A stretch of DNA of 64,000 nucleotides, from positions 131,658 to 195,657 of the forward strand of contig CAYVVD010000001.1 of the NCBI GenBank assembly GCA_964454975.1, read 5' to 3'. The notes under the pieces are model-generated. The model did no database searches. It saw nothing but the letters and a program-made list of their open reading frames with translations, and was not told where the DNA came from. The stretch is from an uncultured Hyphomicrobiales bacterium. Its GTDB lineage: Bacteria; Bacteroidota; Ignavibacteria; Kapaibacteriales; UBA2268. Made by a program: the position numbers and the translations under genes. This document shows positions 19,343 to 30,272 of the stretch, one piece after another (positions within the stretch are counted from its first letter, which is position 1; every line of letters starts with the position of its first letter).

Positions 19343-20095
19343 TTATTCTCCAACCTGTTCCATTATTTCATCATCAATTTCAACATTGGAGAATAAGTTC
19401 TGTACGTCATCATGGTCTTCGAATGTTTCGATGAAGCGAATCACTTTTTTAGCAGCTTCGGGCGAATCAATATTCACTATATTTTGCGGCACATATTCCA
19501 ACTTGCTTTCCTCGATTTCAAATCCATTTTCTTCGATATATTTTAAACAGTTGCCAAATTCTTCCATAGGAGTAATAATCCTTGATGACTCATCATTATA
19601 TTCAAGGTCTTCAGCTCCTGATTCCAGGACAACTTCAAGCAGTTCTTCTTCGGACTTGTCGCTAGATTTAATAGTAATTACACCCTTACGTTCGAAGTTC
19701 CAAGCCACAGAATTAGTTTCACCAAGGTTACCTCCGAGCTTGCCGAACAAGCTTCGAATTTCGGCAACAGTCCTGTTTTTATTGTCGGTAACTGTTTCGA
19801 GAATTACGGCGACTCCATTGGGAGCATATCCCTCATAAGTGACTTCCTCGTAATTAACTCCTTCAATTTCTCCTGTGCCTTTTTTAATTGCACGTGTGAT
19901 ATTGTCAGACGGCATATTTACGCCCCGGGCATTCATCACTGCAAGCCTTAACCTGGGATTTGAATCAGGATCGCCACCACCTTCGCGGGAAGCAATGGTT
20001 ATTTCTTTTGCCAACCTCGTAAACATCTTGCCTCTCTTAGCATCCTGGCGTCCTTTGCGATGCTTAATATTTGCCCATTTACTGTGTCCGGACAT
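19343..20095 (-). CDS. YebC/PmpR family DNA-binding transcriptional regulator
   Basis: MSGHSKWANIKHRKG...KRGK..F..L..EI hallmark. Confidence 0.9.
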   Translation of the reverse strand: MSGHSKWANIKHRKGRQDAKRGKMFTRLAKEITIASREGGGDPDSNPRLRLAVMNARGVNMPSDNITRAIKKGTGEIEGVNYEEVTYEGYAPNGVAVILETVTDNKNRTVAEIRSLFGKLGGNLGETNSVAWNFERKGVITIKSSDKSEEELLEVVLESGAEDLEYNDESSRIITPMEEFGNCLKYIEENGFEIEESKLEYVPQNIVNIDSPEAAKKVIRFIETFEDHDDVQNLFSNVEIDDEIMEQVGE

Positions 20096-20172
20096 ACCAA
20101 TTCTTCTGTTTAATTTCTAAAATATTATTACGAACTAATTAAGCAATATATGAATTTTCTAAAAAATTGCAT

Positions 20173-23100
20173 TCAATCTAATTCATCATATTGGATATAT
20201 AGTCCTTCCGCCTTTAAATGCTGTATCAATTCCCTGAATATTCTGTTTTTTGACAATATACCCGAATTCCCGAGTATTATCAATTGCTCCCTTGCACGTG
20301 TAAGCGATACATTCAGTTTCCTGTCAATCTCCACTCCTTCAATGGTTATAGCTGATGAAATTTTGGTTAGGTCATATTCCCTGTTTACCGCAAAAGAAAT
20401 CAAAATAATATTACGTTGGCTTCCCTGGTAGCGCTCAACGGTATCAGCATTCACATATTTATATACTTCATCATCAATTAAACTGTTTATTAACGCACAT
20501 TGTGCACGGAAAGGAGATATAATTCCAACAGTTTCGCCTGTTAAAGCACCTTTTAGAGCTGTGTTGATTTTATTAATTATCGAAAGAGCTGCTTTAGCTT
20601 CACTGTGGTTTATAAATATTTCATCCTCAACAGGGCAATCAATAAATACCACCCTTTTGTTTTTATCTCCAAACAAAGATATTACATTATTCTCGGAGAT
20701 ATGTATGTCATCTTCTTCAATTGCTGATAAAGCACCTGAATAAAAGTGTTTAGATGGGAATGCAGCAATTTCCTTGTGCATCCTTCCCTGCTCTTCTAAT
20801 GTGGTAAAAGCATTGTCCCATTCGTATAACTTTGCATGTTCGATTAGTCTTTCAAAGAGCGAACTCCCAAGATTTGTTAAACCTATTGACTTTAACATCT
20901 CAGATTCTACTTCAAGGAAATCCTGGTTCTGGCTTACGATAGCGGGTAACTGGAAATGGTCTCCAATCAGGATAAATTTGTTAACCCTGCTAAGTATTCC
21001 AACCAGGTATGGCTCAAGAATTTGAGATGCTTCGTCAACAATAGCCATATCAAATTCCTTTAAGGAGAATATCTCAGGAGTTTTCAAGGCTGTTGCAACT
21101 GTACATGCTATTATCCTGCAGTTGCCTATTCTGTTCCCAAGTTTTCGCAATCCAATTGATTCTGCGAGATAAGCGGGCATATTATCTTTGAATTCAGAAG
21201 ATTCTTTGTAGCCAAGCCTTATGAAATCAATCTCAGCGCTATTGAGCGCCGAACAGAGTTCATCCACGGCCCGGTTTGTATATGCCATGACAAGGATATT
21301 GCCTGTTTTTTCGAATAAATATTCGCTAACAATGGTTTTAAAAACAAAGGATGTTTTGCCGGTTCCGGGCGGCCCCTGTATTAGATAGTAGTCTTTCGCT
21401 GCTAAGGCGTATTCTACAGCTTCATTTTGTAAATCAAAAAGTTCTTCATTATAATATGGGCCAACAATATCGAATTTGGGTTTTCTTCGGCTTAATAGTA
21501 ACTCTCTTTTCCCTTTAGAACTTGTCATAAATTCGAAAAGCGATGCAAAAAGGGTTTTACTGGTGCTATCGGATGAATCGGGTTCGAGTATCCAACTCTT
21601 GTGTTTTTCTAAGGCAGAAATTTTGAAAGACTTGTTCCTTAGGCTTATTAACACATAGTGGTTGCGGATTTCTTTTATTGAGCACTTTATCAATTCGCCA
21701 AAGTTTTCCAAATCCGATGGATATAGGATTGCAATATCACCCTTCCTGAATTTTGAACTGCTTAGTCTGGTTTCAGACTCTAACCGCAAATGGAAATTTT
21801 GAGTATCCGACTCGGTAAAATTTATAATTAAATTTGTTAGAACAGAATATTTCTTTCTTTTAGAGCCGATGCTTCCTCTCCATAGAGCAGAATAACCCAT
21901 ATTATTCAGCCCGTTCCCGGTTTTTTGTGAAAATAATTCACGCTGAATAAAAGTGACAAAGGTATTGAAATATTCTCTTTCAATATCATCAAGGGAATTG
22001 TAGATTGTCTCAAACTCACTGATATTACCATTCATATACGAAGGCCGGGCGCCAAAGCCACCTAATGAAAACGATTTGAGTACATCAGTTTCTCCCTCTG
22101 CAATCTTGTGTGCAATAGAGACAATCCAGTTTCGCAGCTCTAATGACTCTTTCTTGTTTTGGACAATGTTCGGAACATTTCTTAAAGGGTGTTCCTCAGC
22201 TCCGGAATATAGAATTGAAGAGCTGCCAGTCCTTCCGGGATATGCTGAATCTAAAAGCAAATTATAACAACTAACCTGCGAGAGGTGGTTTGGCCAGACA
22301 CCTGTGAGAATTCGCAGGTCATTCCCGCTTTCATAAGTAATATCCGGGCTTGGCGCTTTACCGGATTTAAGCTCAATAATGTCTTTTCTCCTGGCATCCT
22401 TGAATTCGAGAAGCGCATCCAGGCGCCCCTGTATCCCATAATCGGGTGATAGGAATGCCGGCTCAGCGGATACTGATTCATACTCAAGTAATTGAACGCT
22501 GTTTTGCAGATTATTGAATTGCCAATACAACTTGCTTCTTAGAAGTTCACCGATTTCAGGCTCGGAGAATAATAGGGCAATTATTTGCAATGGTCTCTTT
22601 TTAGAGGAAAATTCGAGAACATTATCAAAATTGTAATTCTTGTTTATAATTAATTCATCAAAGAATTCGTTGATTAGATTACCCATCACAAGGGGCAATT
22701 TAATGTCGGTTGAAATGAACAATTTCAGAAAATAGGCGAGGGGATTGTAGCCTTTCCCTGTGAAACATTCAGAAATATCAGTTACATCTATTAAATAGTC
22801 AGGTTCCAGTACAAACAGGGATTCATTCTTTGCCTTGTAATTTTCATTATCTACTATGTCAACATTGAAGATATTTAATTTACATCCTTTCCAGACCTGA
22901 CTTAGTATTTCACTTTGCCCACCATTAAGAGAAATTTCAATGTTACCAAGTTCATCGCTCGCACATTTCAATGTTCCACCGCTAACTTCGGAGGATTTCT
23001 TCCCAAATACTGTAAGTCCTTTTAAATAATTCGTTTTGTCATCAGCAAAATTCTCATCCTCACGGAAAGTGTATTCGAAATTAAGGTAAGGTTCGAGGAA

Positions 23101-23457
23101 ACTATCCAACTCGCCATCTGAGAGTTTTTTCAGGCAACGGGTAATCACATGGGTTGCAAATTTCAGCTCATCCCTGTTTACTGATTTCCCTTGTTCTTTG
23201 CTTACTTTATATGCAAAACGCCTGAAACTTGTTGTCTTTTTTGCTAATTGAGGTGAGAATGAATAAAGGTTGAAAATGTAAGCAGAAACTGCAAAAAAAT
23301 TACTAAAAAATTGATTTGAGGCTTTGCTTGCCTCGCTGAATATCTCTTCAACAAGTTCATAAATGCCGAGTAATTTAGTTTTTTCAGTCTCTTTATTTAA
23401 TAGTATTTTTTCAGTGCTGCGTGTATAATGATCTAACTGTGATTTGGTGAGCGGCAT
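20173..23457 (-). CDS. Dna2-like nuclease-helicase: PD-(D/E)XK (RecB/Cas4-family) nuclease domain fused to a Dna2/Upf1-like SF1 helicase
   Basis: Nuclease motifs D (EPDYLIDVTD / GRLDALLEF), ExK (IIELKSGK) and QxxxY (QVSCY) at roughly residues 230-420. Helicase motifs I GPPGTGKT, II IVDEASQ, III LIGDHFQLP, and V/VI (VERYQGSQRNIILISF; NVSLTRAREQL) at roughly residues 700-1090. Confidence 0.7.
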   Translation of the reverse strand: MPLTKSQLDHYTRSTEKILLNKETEKTKLLGIYELVEEIFSEASKASNQFFSNFFAVSAYIFNLYSFSPQLAKKTTSFRRFAYKVSKEQGKSVNRDELKFATHVITRCLKKLSDGELDSFLEPYLNFEYTFREDENFADDKTNYLKGLTVFGKKSSEVSGGTLKCASDELGNIEISLNGGQSEILSQVWKGCKLNIFNVDIVDNENYKAKNESLFVLEPDYLIDVTDISECFTGKGYNPLAYFLKLFISTDIKLPLVMGNLINEFFDELIINKNYNFDNVLEFSSKKRPLQIIALLFSEPEIGELLRSKLYWQFNNLQNSVQLLEYESVSAEPAFLSPDYGIQGRLDALLEFKDARRKDIIELKSGKAPSPDITYESGNDLRILTGVWPNHLSQVSCYNLLLDSAYPGRTGSSSILYSGAEEHPLRNVPNIVQNKKESLELRNWIVSIAHKIAEGETDVLKSFSLGGFGARPSYMNGNISEFETIYNSLDDIEREYFNTFVTFIQRELFSQKTGNGLNNMGYSALWRGSIGSKRKKYSVLTNLIINFTESDTQNFHLRLESETRLSSSKFRKGDIAILYPSDLENFGELIKCSIKEIRNHYVLISLRNKSFKISALEKHKSWILEPDSSDSTSKTLFASLFEFMTSSKGKRELLLSRRKPKFDIVGPYYNEELFDLQNEAVEYALAAKDYYLIQGPPGTGKTSFVFKTIVSEYLFEKTGNILVMAYTNRAVDELCSALNSAEIDFIRLGYKESSEFKDNMPAYLAESIGLRKLGNRIGNCRIIACTVATALKTPEIFSLKEFDMAIVDEASQILEPYLVGILSRVNKFILIGDHFQLPAIVSQNQDFLEVESEMLKSIGLTNLGSSLFERLIEHAKLYEWDNAFTTLEEQGRMHKEIAAFPSKHFYSGALSAIEEDDIHISENNVISLFGDKNKRVVFIDCPVEDEIFINHSEAKAALSIINKINTALKGALTGETVGIISPFRAQCALINSLIDDEVYKYVNADTVERYQGSQRNIILISFAVNREYDLTKISSAITIEGVEIDRKLNVSLTRAREQLIILGNSGILSKNRIFRELIQHLKAEGLYIQYDELD

Positions 23458-23478
23458 ACCCCTGAAAAACTCCCGGTT

Positions 23479-25179
23479 TTAATTTTCTGGTTTTATATCT
23501 TTAATCGAAATCTGTGGTGAACGTGAGCCGTTAAAATCGTTGGATTCGAGTGTATAAAGGAGAGAGAATTTCTTGCCGTTTGTGCAGTATTTATATTTGT
23601 TTGCGAGGTTATATCCAATTGCATCAATTACAAAATTCGACTGGAAAGCCCTGAATTTCAGGCTGTTGTTACCTACTATTTTTACTCCGTTAGCTGAAGT
23701 AACCCCCTGGGATAGAAACACCGGCTTATTATTGCTGAAACCGTGGGGAGCAAATTTGTTCAGGAAGGAAAGGAATTGTGGTGACAACTCATTAAATTTC
23801 ATTTCTGTATCAATAAGTATTTCAGGAACCATCATTTCACGGTCAATCTTAGTCTGTGCAATAGAGTCAAAAATATCCCTGAATTCAGGTATATTTTCTT
23901 CATTAAGTGAAAGCCCTGCGGCGTGTTTATGCCCGCCAAATTCATTGAGCAGATGACTGCATTTTTTTAAGGCAGAATGAATGTCAAATTCATTGATGCT
24001 TCTTGCTGAGCCTTTTGCCTGGCCGTCAATTGTAGTCATCAGCACGGTAGGTACATTAAACCTGTCCACAAGCCTCGAGGCAACAATACCAATTACACCG
24101 GCATGCCAGTGGGGTTGATGAAGTACAAGGGAACGGCGTTTTTCTTCGATAATCAAGCGCTCGGCAAGAGGTATAGATTCTTCAAATGTCTGTTGGTCAA
24201 ACACCCTGCGTTTGCGGTTCTCATCTTCGAGCTGCTGTGCTATTCTAAAGGCTGCAATTTCATCCTTTTGAATCATCATCTCTATAGAACGCATCGCATT
24301 GCCCATCCTGCCTGCAGCGTTAATGAGCGGCGCTAAGGCGTAAACTATATTAGAAGCAGTAATCTGCCCCAATTTTAGATTTGTGCAAGCAACAAGTCCT
24401 TTAAATCCCGGCCTTGGTTTTTTATTCAGGAGGTGAAGCCCGTAATAAACAAGAGTTCTGTTTTCGGCGACTAACGGAACCATATCCGCTGCTGAAGCGA
24501 TAGCAACATAGTCAAGATAATCAAGTGCTTTGTCAGGGATATTCATCCTTTCGGCAATCCCCTGGATAAATTTGAATGCAACTCCACATGCGGCTAAATG
24601 CTTAAACGGGTATTCGCACCCTGGTTGCAGTGGGTCCAGAATAGCATAAACATCGGGGATTTTCTCACCGGGTTCGTGGTGGTCGCAGATAATTACATCA
24701 AGATCAAGCCCTTTGGAATATTCAAGTGGCTCGAATGATGTAATTCCAACGTCAACTGTAATAACCAGGGTAACACCGGAGGATTTAGCAAGGTCAAGGC
24801 TCCTGTTGGACAGACCATAACCTTCATGGAAGCGGTCAGGTATATAGTATTCTACCCTCGCTCCAATATCGCGAAGAAATTGTATTAGGATAGCTGTGCT
24901 AGACGTACCGTCAACATCATAATCGCCGTGGATCCAGATTTTTTCCCCATCTCTGATTGCTTTCATCACCCTCAAGACGGCCTTCTCCATATCCTTCATC
25001 AGAAATGGGTCGTTAAGGTCGTCCATTGAAGGGTGGAAAAACTTCTCAGCCTCTTCGGGTGTACGCACTCCACGCGCTGCCAGAACGTTTACTAACGTTC
25101 TGGGTATTTTTAAATGTGTCGTAAGTTCTTGAACAGTACCATCATCAGCCCTCGGTCGAAAAGTCCACCGATACTTCAA
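23479..25179 (-). CDS. recJ: single-stranded-DNA-specific exonuclease RecJ
   Basis: DHH motifs (IHGDYDVDG; ITVDVGI; ICDHH), DHHA1 domain (GGHKHAAG) and OB-fold tail. Confidence 0.85.
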   Translation of the reverse strand: MKYRWTFRPRADDGTVQELTTHLKIPRTLVNVLAARGVRTPEEAEKFFHPSMDDLNDPFLMKDMEKAVLRVMKAIRDGEKIWIHGDYDVDGTSSTAILIQFLRDIGARVEYYIPDRFHEGYGLSNRSLDLAKSSGVTLVITVDVGITSFEPLEYSKGLDLDVIICDHHEPGEKIPDVYAILDPLQPGCEYPFKHLAACGVAFKFIQGIAERMNIPDKALDYLDYVAIASAADMVPLVAENRTLVYYGLHLLNKKPRPGFKGLVACTNLKLGQITASNIVYALAPLINAAGRMGNAMRSIEMMIQKDEIAAFRIAQQLEDENRKRRVFDQQTFEESIPLAERLIIEEKRRSLVLHQPHWHAGVIGIVASRLVDRFNVPTVLMTTIDGQAKGSARSINEFDIHSALKKCSHLLNEFGGHKHAAGLSLNEENIPEFRDIFDSIAQTKIDREMMVPEILIDTEMKFNELSPQFLSFLNKFAPHGFSNNKPVFLSQGVTSANGVKIVGNNSLKFRAFQSNFVIDAIGYNLANKYKYCTNGKKFSLLYTLESNDFNGSRSPQISIKDIKPEN

Positions 25180-25360
25180 CGTACAAAACCATATTAATTA
25201 TATATATCATTAATGCAAATTTACGAAATAAGCAAGTATGTTCAAAGCGATAGTGTGTAGGAAATTTCACACTTTTTTATTTTTTGTTAAGGAAGGAATA
25301 ATAAATAATTTTGCCTTATTATTATTAACTAGTGGAACACTTCAGAATGGCCGCTAAATA

Positions 25361-26368
25361 ATGGCAAAAAAGGACAAATTTAATTTCAAACGGGAACCTA
25401 TCCGGAAAATGATTAATGACCAGGTTCTAATAAAACCGGATGGCAAATTACCTGATGAAGCCGAGCGTGGACGAATCTACCTTACAATTGGGAGAGTCCA
25501 TCACCTTTTTAACGATGCCAATCCAGGTGAATCCTTCGAGTGTGTTATTTCCGGTACTTTAATCACTCCAAATAAAAGCAAGACTCTTGCATGCGTTGGC
25601 GACTATGCCTGGTACACGCGCGAAGGCAAAAACAATGGTAAAATTGTTAAAGTCGAACAACGCCAGACTTATATTGGCAGGAGGATGGTTGCATTGGGAG
25701 AGAGCGACCATATTATTGCCAGCAATCTTGATATTTTGCTCGTTTTCATGTCTGCCGCTGAACCATTTTACAACAGGAGACTAATAGACCGCTATCTCGT
25801 TTCGGCGGAGCTCGGTGCACTTGAGCCTGTAATTTGCATAAACAAAATGGACCTTATGCCCCATGAATTTATCAGGGAAGACCTGACTGCTTATGAAAAG
25901 CTTGGGGTGAAAGTTTACTATTTCAGCGCACTACGTGATGAGAATACAGAAGAATTAATTGAATACCTCAAAGGTAAAGAAGCAATAATGTCCGGGCCGT
26001 CAGGTACAGGGAAATCGACATTCATGAACCTTGTTATGGGGGATAAAATTCAGCATATAGCCAATGTTTCACTCAGAACCAGCAAAGGTAAGCATACAAC
26101 AACATTTACACAGATGTTTAACGTCGATGGCGGAGGCAAGCTTGTGGATTCCCCGGGGATACGTGAATTTGGACTGATTGACATTAATAAAAATGAGCTC
26201 TCAACATACTTTCCCGAGTTTATAGAGTATTCAGATACATGCAAGTTTATGCCTTGCTCTCATACTCATGAACCAGGGTGTGCTGTTAAAGAAGCAGTTG
26301 AATCCGGGGAAATTGATCCACAGCGATACGACAGCTACATTATGATGCTCGGGACTTTGGATGATTAA
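25361..26368 (+). CDS. rsgA: ribosome small-subunit-dependent GTPase A
   Basis: N-terminal OB fold, circularly permuted GTPase (NKMDL; GPSGTGKST; DSPG) and a C-terminal Zn-finger (CKF.PCSHTHEPGC). Confidence 0.85.
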   Translation: MAKKDKFNFKREPIRKMINDQVLIKPDGKLPDEAERGRIYLTIGRVHHLFNDANPGESFECVISGTLITPNKSKTLACVGDYAWYTREGKNNGKIVKVEQRQTYIGRRMVALGESDHIIASNLDILLVFMSAAEPFYNRRLIDRYLVSAELGALEPVICINKMDLMPHEFIREDLTAYEKLGVKVYYFSALRDENTEELIEYLKGKEAIMSGPSGTGKSTFMNLVMGDKIQHIANVSLRTSKGKHTTTFTQMFNVDGGGKLVDSPGIREFGLIDINKNELSTYFPEFIEYSDTCKFMPCSHTHEPGCAVKEAVESGEIDPQRYDSYIMMLGTLDD

Positions 26369-26415
26369 TCTTTTGCCATCCGGGGTGTAATTGGTATTTT
26401 TGCGATTACCCTGAT

Positions 26416-26503
<88 letters not shown>

Positions 26504-26788
26504 AAATCCATACCCTTAATCTTTATTAATAAAACATTGTACAAATTTGTTTTCTATCTGAAATCCAATTCAAGTAACATTTAAGTAACGATTTTTTGTA
26601 CGAGAAATTATCTTTGAATAATTATTTCTATAGCTATTTTAGTCACAATGATTCTTGTAATGTACAAGTTTAAATCCTTTCACACCGACAACTGCTTTTT
26701 TTAGCCTGAATTTGTAATCCATTTCTGTATGTATTTTTCACTTTTTTTTGTATTATGATTTTTTTCAGGCACTTACCTGGGTTGCCCT

Positions 26789-29700
26789 TATGAAAATCTT
26801 AGAATTTACAAAAGAGCTTAAATTCGATTGTCTATTCGAAAGCAGTCTCAACTCTATCTTATTTTTAGATGCCTATGGAAAAATTGTTGATTTAAACTCC
26901 CGGGCTGAGAAATTGTTTGGAATTAGAAGAGAGATTTGCACCGGTAAATATTACCCAAATTACCTTCCGGGTGTTGAATCCAAAACAATAGATTTAATTA
27001 ATAAGGTTGCTGAAGATGGTCCGGAAATAATAGAACACTCCTCAGGTGAAAATGGCAGCACCAGGTTCTACAGGACTGAAATAAGACCCATGCTGGACAG
27101 CAATGCTGAGTTTATTGGCGCTATTTCAATCACAAAAGATGAAACTTCAAGGCTAAGAAAACAGGAAGAAATAAAGAAGCAGAAAGATTTTACAGAATCA
27201 TTATTCCAAAACATGATATCCGGTTTTGCACTCCATGAGATTATTTCGGATGAGGAGGGCAAGCCCGTTGACTATATCTTTCTTGATATTAACAAAGCCT
27301 TTGAAGATATTACAGGACTAATAAGCGCAGATATTAAAGGTAAAAGGGTTACTGATATACTTCCGGGAACCGAAAATGACCCTGCTGATTGGATCGGGCG
27401 GTATGGAAAAATTGCCATGACCGGAAGCCGGGAAACCTTCGAAAGCTATAGCGTTAATCTGAATAAATGGTTTGTGGTGAGTGCTTATTCTCCTGAAAAA
27501 GGAAAATTTGCCACTATATTTCAGGACATTACCAAAAGGGTTGAAGCTGAAAACAAATTAAAGCGAAACGAAGAAAAATTAAGGCTTATCATAGAAAACA
27601 GTACCAATTTGTTTTACTCTCATACGGCAGAGCATGAGTTAACCTATCTGAGTCCACAGTGTATTGATTATCTCGACTGTGAACCTGAAAAGGCGATGAA
27701 ACGCTGGACGGAGTTCGCCACAGACAACCCTGTAAACAAAATTGGATTTGAAAATACTGTCCGCGCAATTGAAACCGGCGAAAGGCAGACTCCTTATGAT
27801 CTGGAATTAAATAGTGCAAAAGGCAGGAAATTCTGGGTTGAAGTAAGGGAAACCCCGGTAGTTAAGCATAACAAGACTGTTGCTATAGTAGGCTCGCTTC
27901 ATGATATTACCGAGCGAAAGAGTGCGGAGACAGCTCTAAAGCAATCTGAAGCACTTTTTAGAAAAGTTCTTGAAAATATTAGGCTTATTGGGCTGATGTT
28001 GGATGAAAACGGCAAAATTACATTTTGCAACAAATTCCTGCTTAACTTAACAGGCCATAAGTATGATGAAGTTATTGGTGAGGACTTGTTCGAAAAATTT
28101 TTACCTTTAGAAATTCAACAAGAACACAAAGAAATGTTCTTCAGTACAATCAATGATATTGAGTTGCATGTAGTACACGAAAATGAAATAACTACAAAGG
28201 ATGGTGAAAGAAAGCTAATCAAATGGTTTAATACAGAAATGCGGGATGAATCAGGAAAACTCTTTGGCATTACAAGCATAGGAGAGGATGTTACTGCAAA
28301 GAGGAAAAGCCAGGAAAGATTCAGGCTAATTACCGAAATCACAACAGATATTACTTATGAATGGGATTTAAAAACTGACAACATTTCCTGGTTTGGCGAT
28401 ATTGACGCCGCACTTGGATATTCAAAAGGAACTATTAAGCCAAACCTGGAAAGTTGGTATGATCTTATCCATCCTGATGAATTAGAATACCTGAAAAATA
28501 TATTGAACGAATTTTACAACAAAAGCAATGAGCTTTTTATCGAGTACAGGATAAGGGATAGCAAAGGCAGATGGAGGCATTGGCAGGAAAAAGGCCTGGT
28601 AATCTTGGATGAAAACGGCAAACCCGGCAAAGTACTCGGTGCCTGCCTCGATATTACTGAAAAAAGGCGAGCTGAATTAGAGCTTATCAATAGAGAAAGG
28701 CAATTCCGCTTTCTTGCAGAAAACGCATTCTCGCTAATCAGATCTTATGAGTTAGATGAAATCCTGGGATTTGCAACTAATAAATTGTTTGAAATTACTA
28801 ACGGGGAAGCATCCGTATTTGTGTGTAAATTTAATGATAATACAAACAGATGGAGTATTTTCGATATTAAATTTTCAGACGATATGGATATCCAAAGCTC
28901 TCTAAAGTTTATTGAACATGTAAAATCTATTGAAATAAGAAATAATAGGTGGATTAATGAGAAATTACTAAGTGGAAGACTTGTAGAATTTGAAGAAGAT
29001 TTAACAAAGTTAATTAAGATTTTGAAACTCCCTGAAGAACTTATTTCATCTCTCAATAATACAGATATTGAAAAAATACTCTGTTTATCCTTTACTTATA
29101 ACAATAATTTCTATGGCACAGGCTGGCTTGTTTATTCGCAAAATGTAGAAAATATAAACAAACCGTTACTTGAAGCATTTTCAGTCCAGATTTCTACTGC
29201 TCTTAACAGGGTGCACAACGAAAAACAAAGACTCGATGCAGAGACTACATTCCGCAGCCTGTTTGAATCCAGCAATGACGCAATTTTAGTGATAGATGCC
29301 GAAACATCTCTAATAGTAGATGTTAATAAAGCTGCGCTCGATTTATACGGATTCAGGCGCTCTGAGCTATTAGGGCTTAATCCCGTGATGCTGTCAGCGG
29401 AACCGGGCTCTTTCTTTTCGATTTTGGACAGCACTGATAAAATCCCACTTAACAAAGTTCGGCAGAGTATTCATATAAAAAAGAATGGCTCGAGATTTCA
29501 CGTGGAATTCAGATTCTCATTATATGAATCTTCCGGAAAGAAATATCTTGCTGTACTTGTAAGGGATATAAGTGAAAGAGAAAGATATGAAAGAGAACTA
29601 AGCCAGGCTCATAAGCAAATACAGGCTTTTGCAGAACACCTCCAGAATGCAAGAGAAGAAGACCGTAAGCTGATTTCGCAGGATTTGCATGATGAGTTAG

Positions 29701-30272
29701 GAAGTTTTCTTGCCGGTATCAACTTCAGCCTTGGATATATAATTAAAGAGGCAAAGAAAAAGATTAAAAATAATAAAATCATTGAAGAGATTGATGCTAT
29801 GAGAAAATCTGTTAAAACAGGCATGATCAAGCTGAACGACATGATTGCAAAGATCAGGCCTAATGTTCTTGAGGGACTATCTATTTCAGAGGCTGTCGAA
29901 TGGCTGGTTGAAAATTTCCGAGAGAAATCCAATGTCTCTTGCAACCTGGTTACAAATGTGGATTATATTAATTTAAGTGATAAACAAATGACTGCAATTT
30001 TCAGGATACTGCAAGAGTCCCTTACAAATGTGATTAAACACGCTAAAGCAAAAAATGTGTTGGTAAAGCTTATTCAAAAGGATGATTTCCTTATTCTGAC
30101 TGTTAAGGATAACGGGCGTGGATTTGACTCGGACAATGCTCGCAAATTCTCTTTCGGCTTAGTCGGTATAAAAGAAAGAGCGGCTTCCTGTAACGGAAAC
30201 ATCAGTATTAAATCAAAACGCGGGAAGGGTACCGAAGTAACTCTCCAGGTACCGATTGAAGAAGGTGATTAA
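26789..30272 (+). CDS. multi-PAS sensor histidine kinase with a HisKA_3-type dimerisation domain (NarX/DegS-like core)
   Basis: At least four PAS/PAC-like modules and a GAF-like region. H-box DLHDELGSFLAG is followed by HATPase_c (N, G1 DNGRGF, G2 GLVGIKER). No TM helices are seen. The ORF-track start at 26748 is TTG; the first ATG is at 26789. Confidence 0.8.

Noticed and set aside
19320-19838. 172-aa ORF antisense to yebC
   Set aside because: It is entirely embedded antisense in a highly conserved gene. Its Ser-rich, low-complexity translation is typical of antisense frames.
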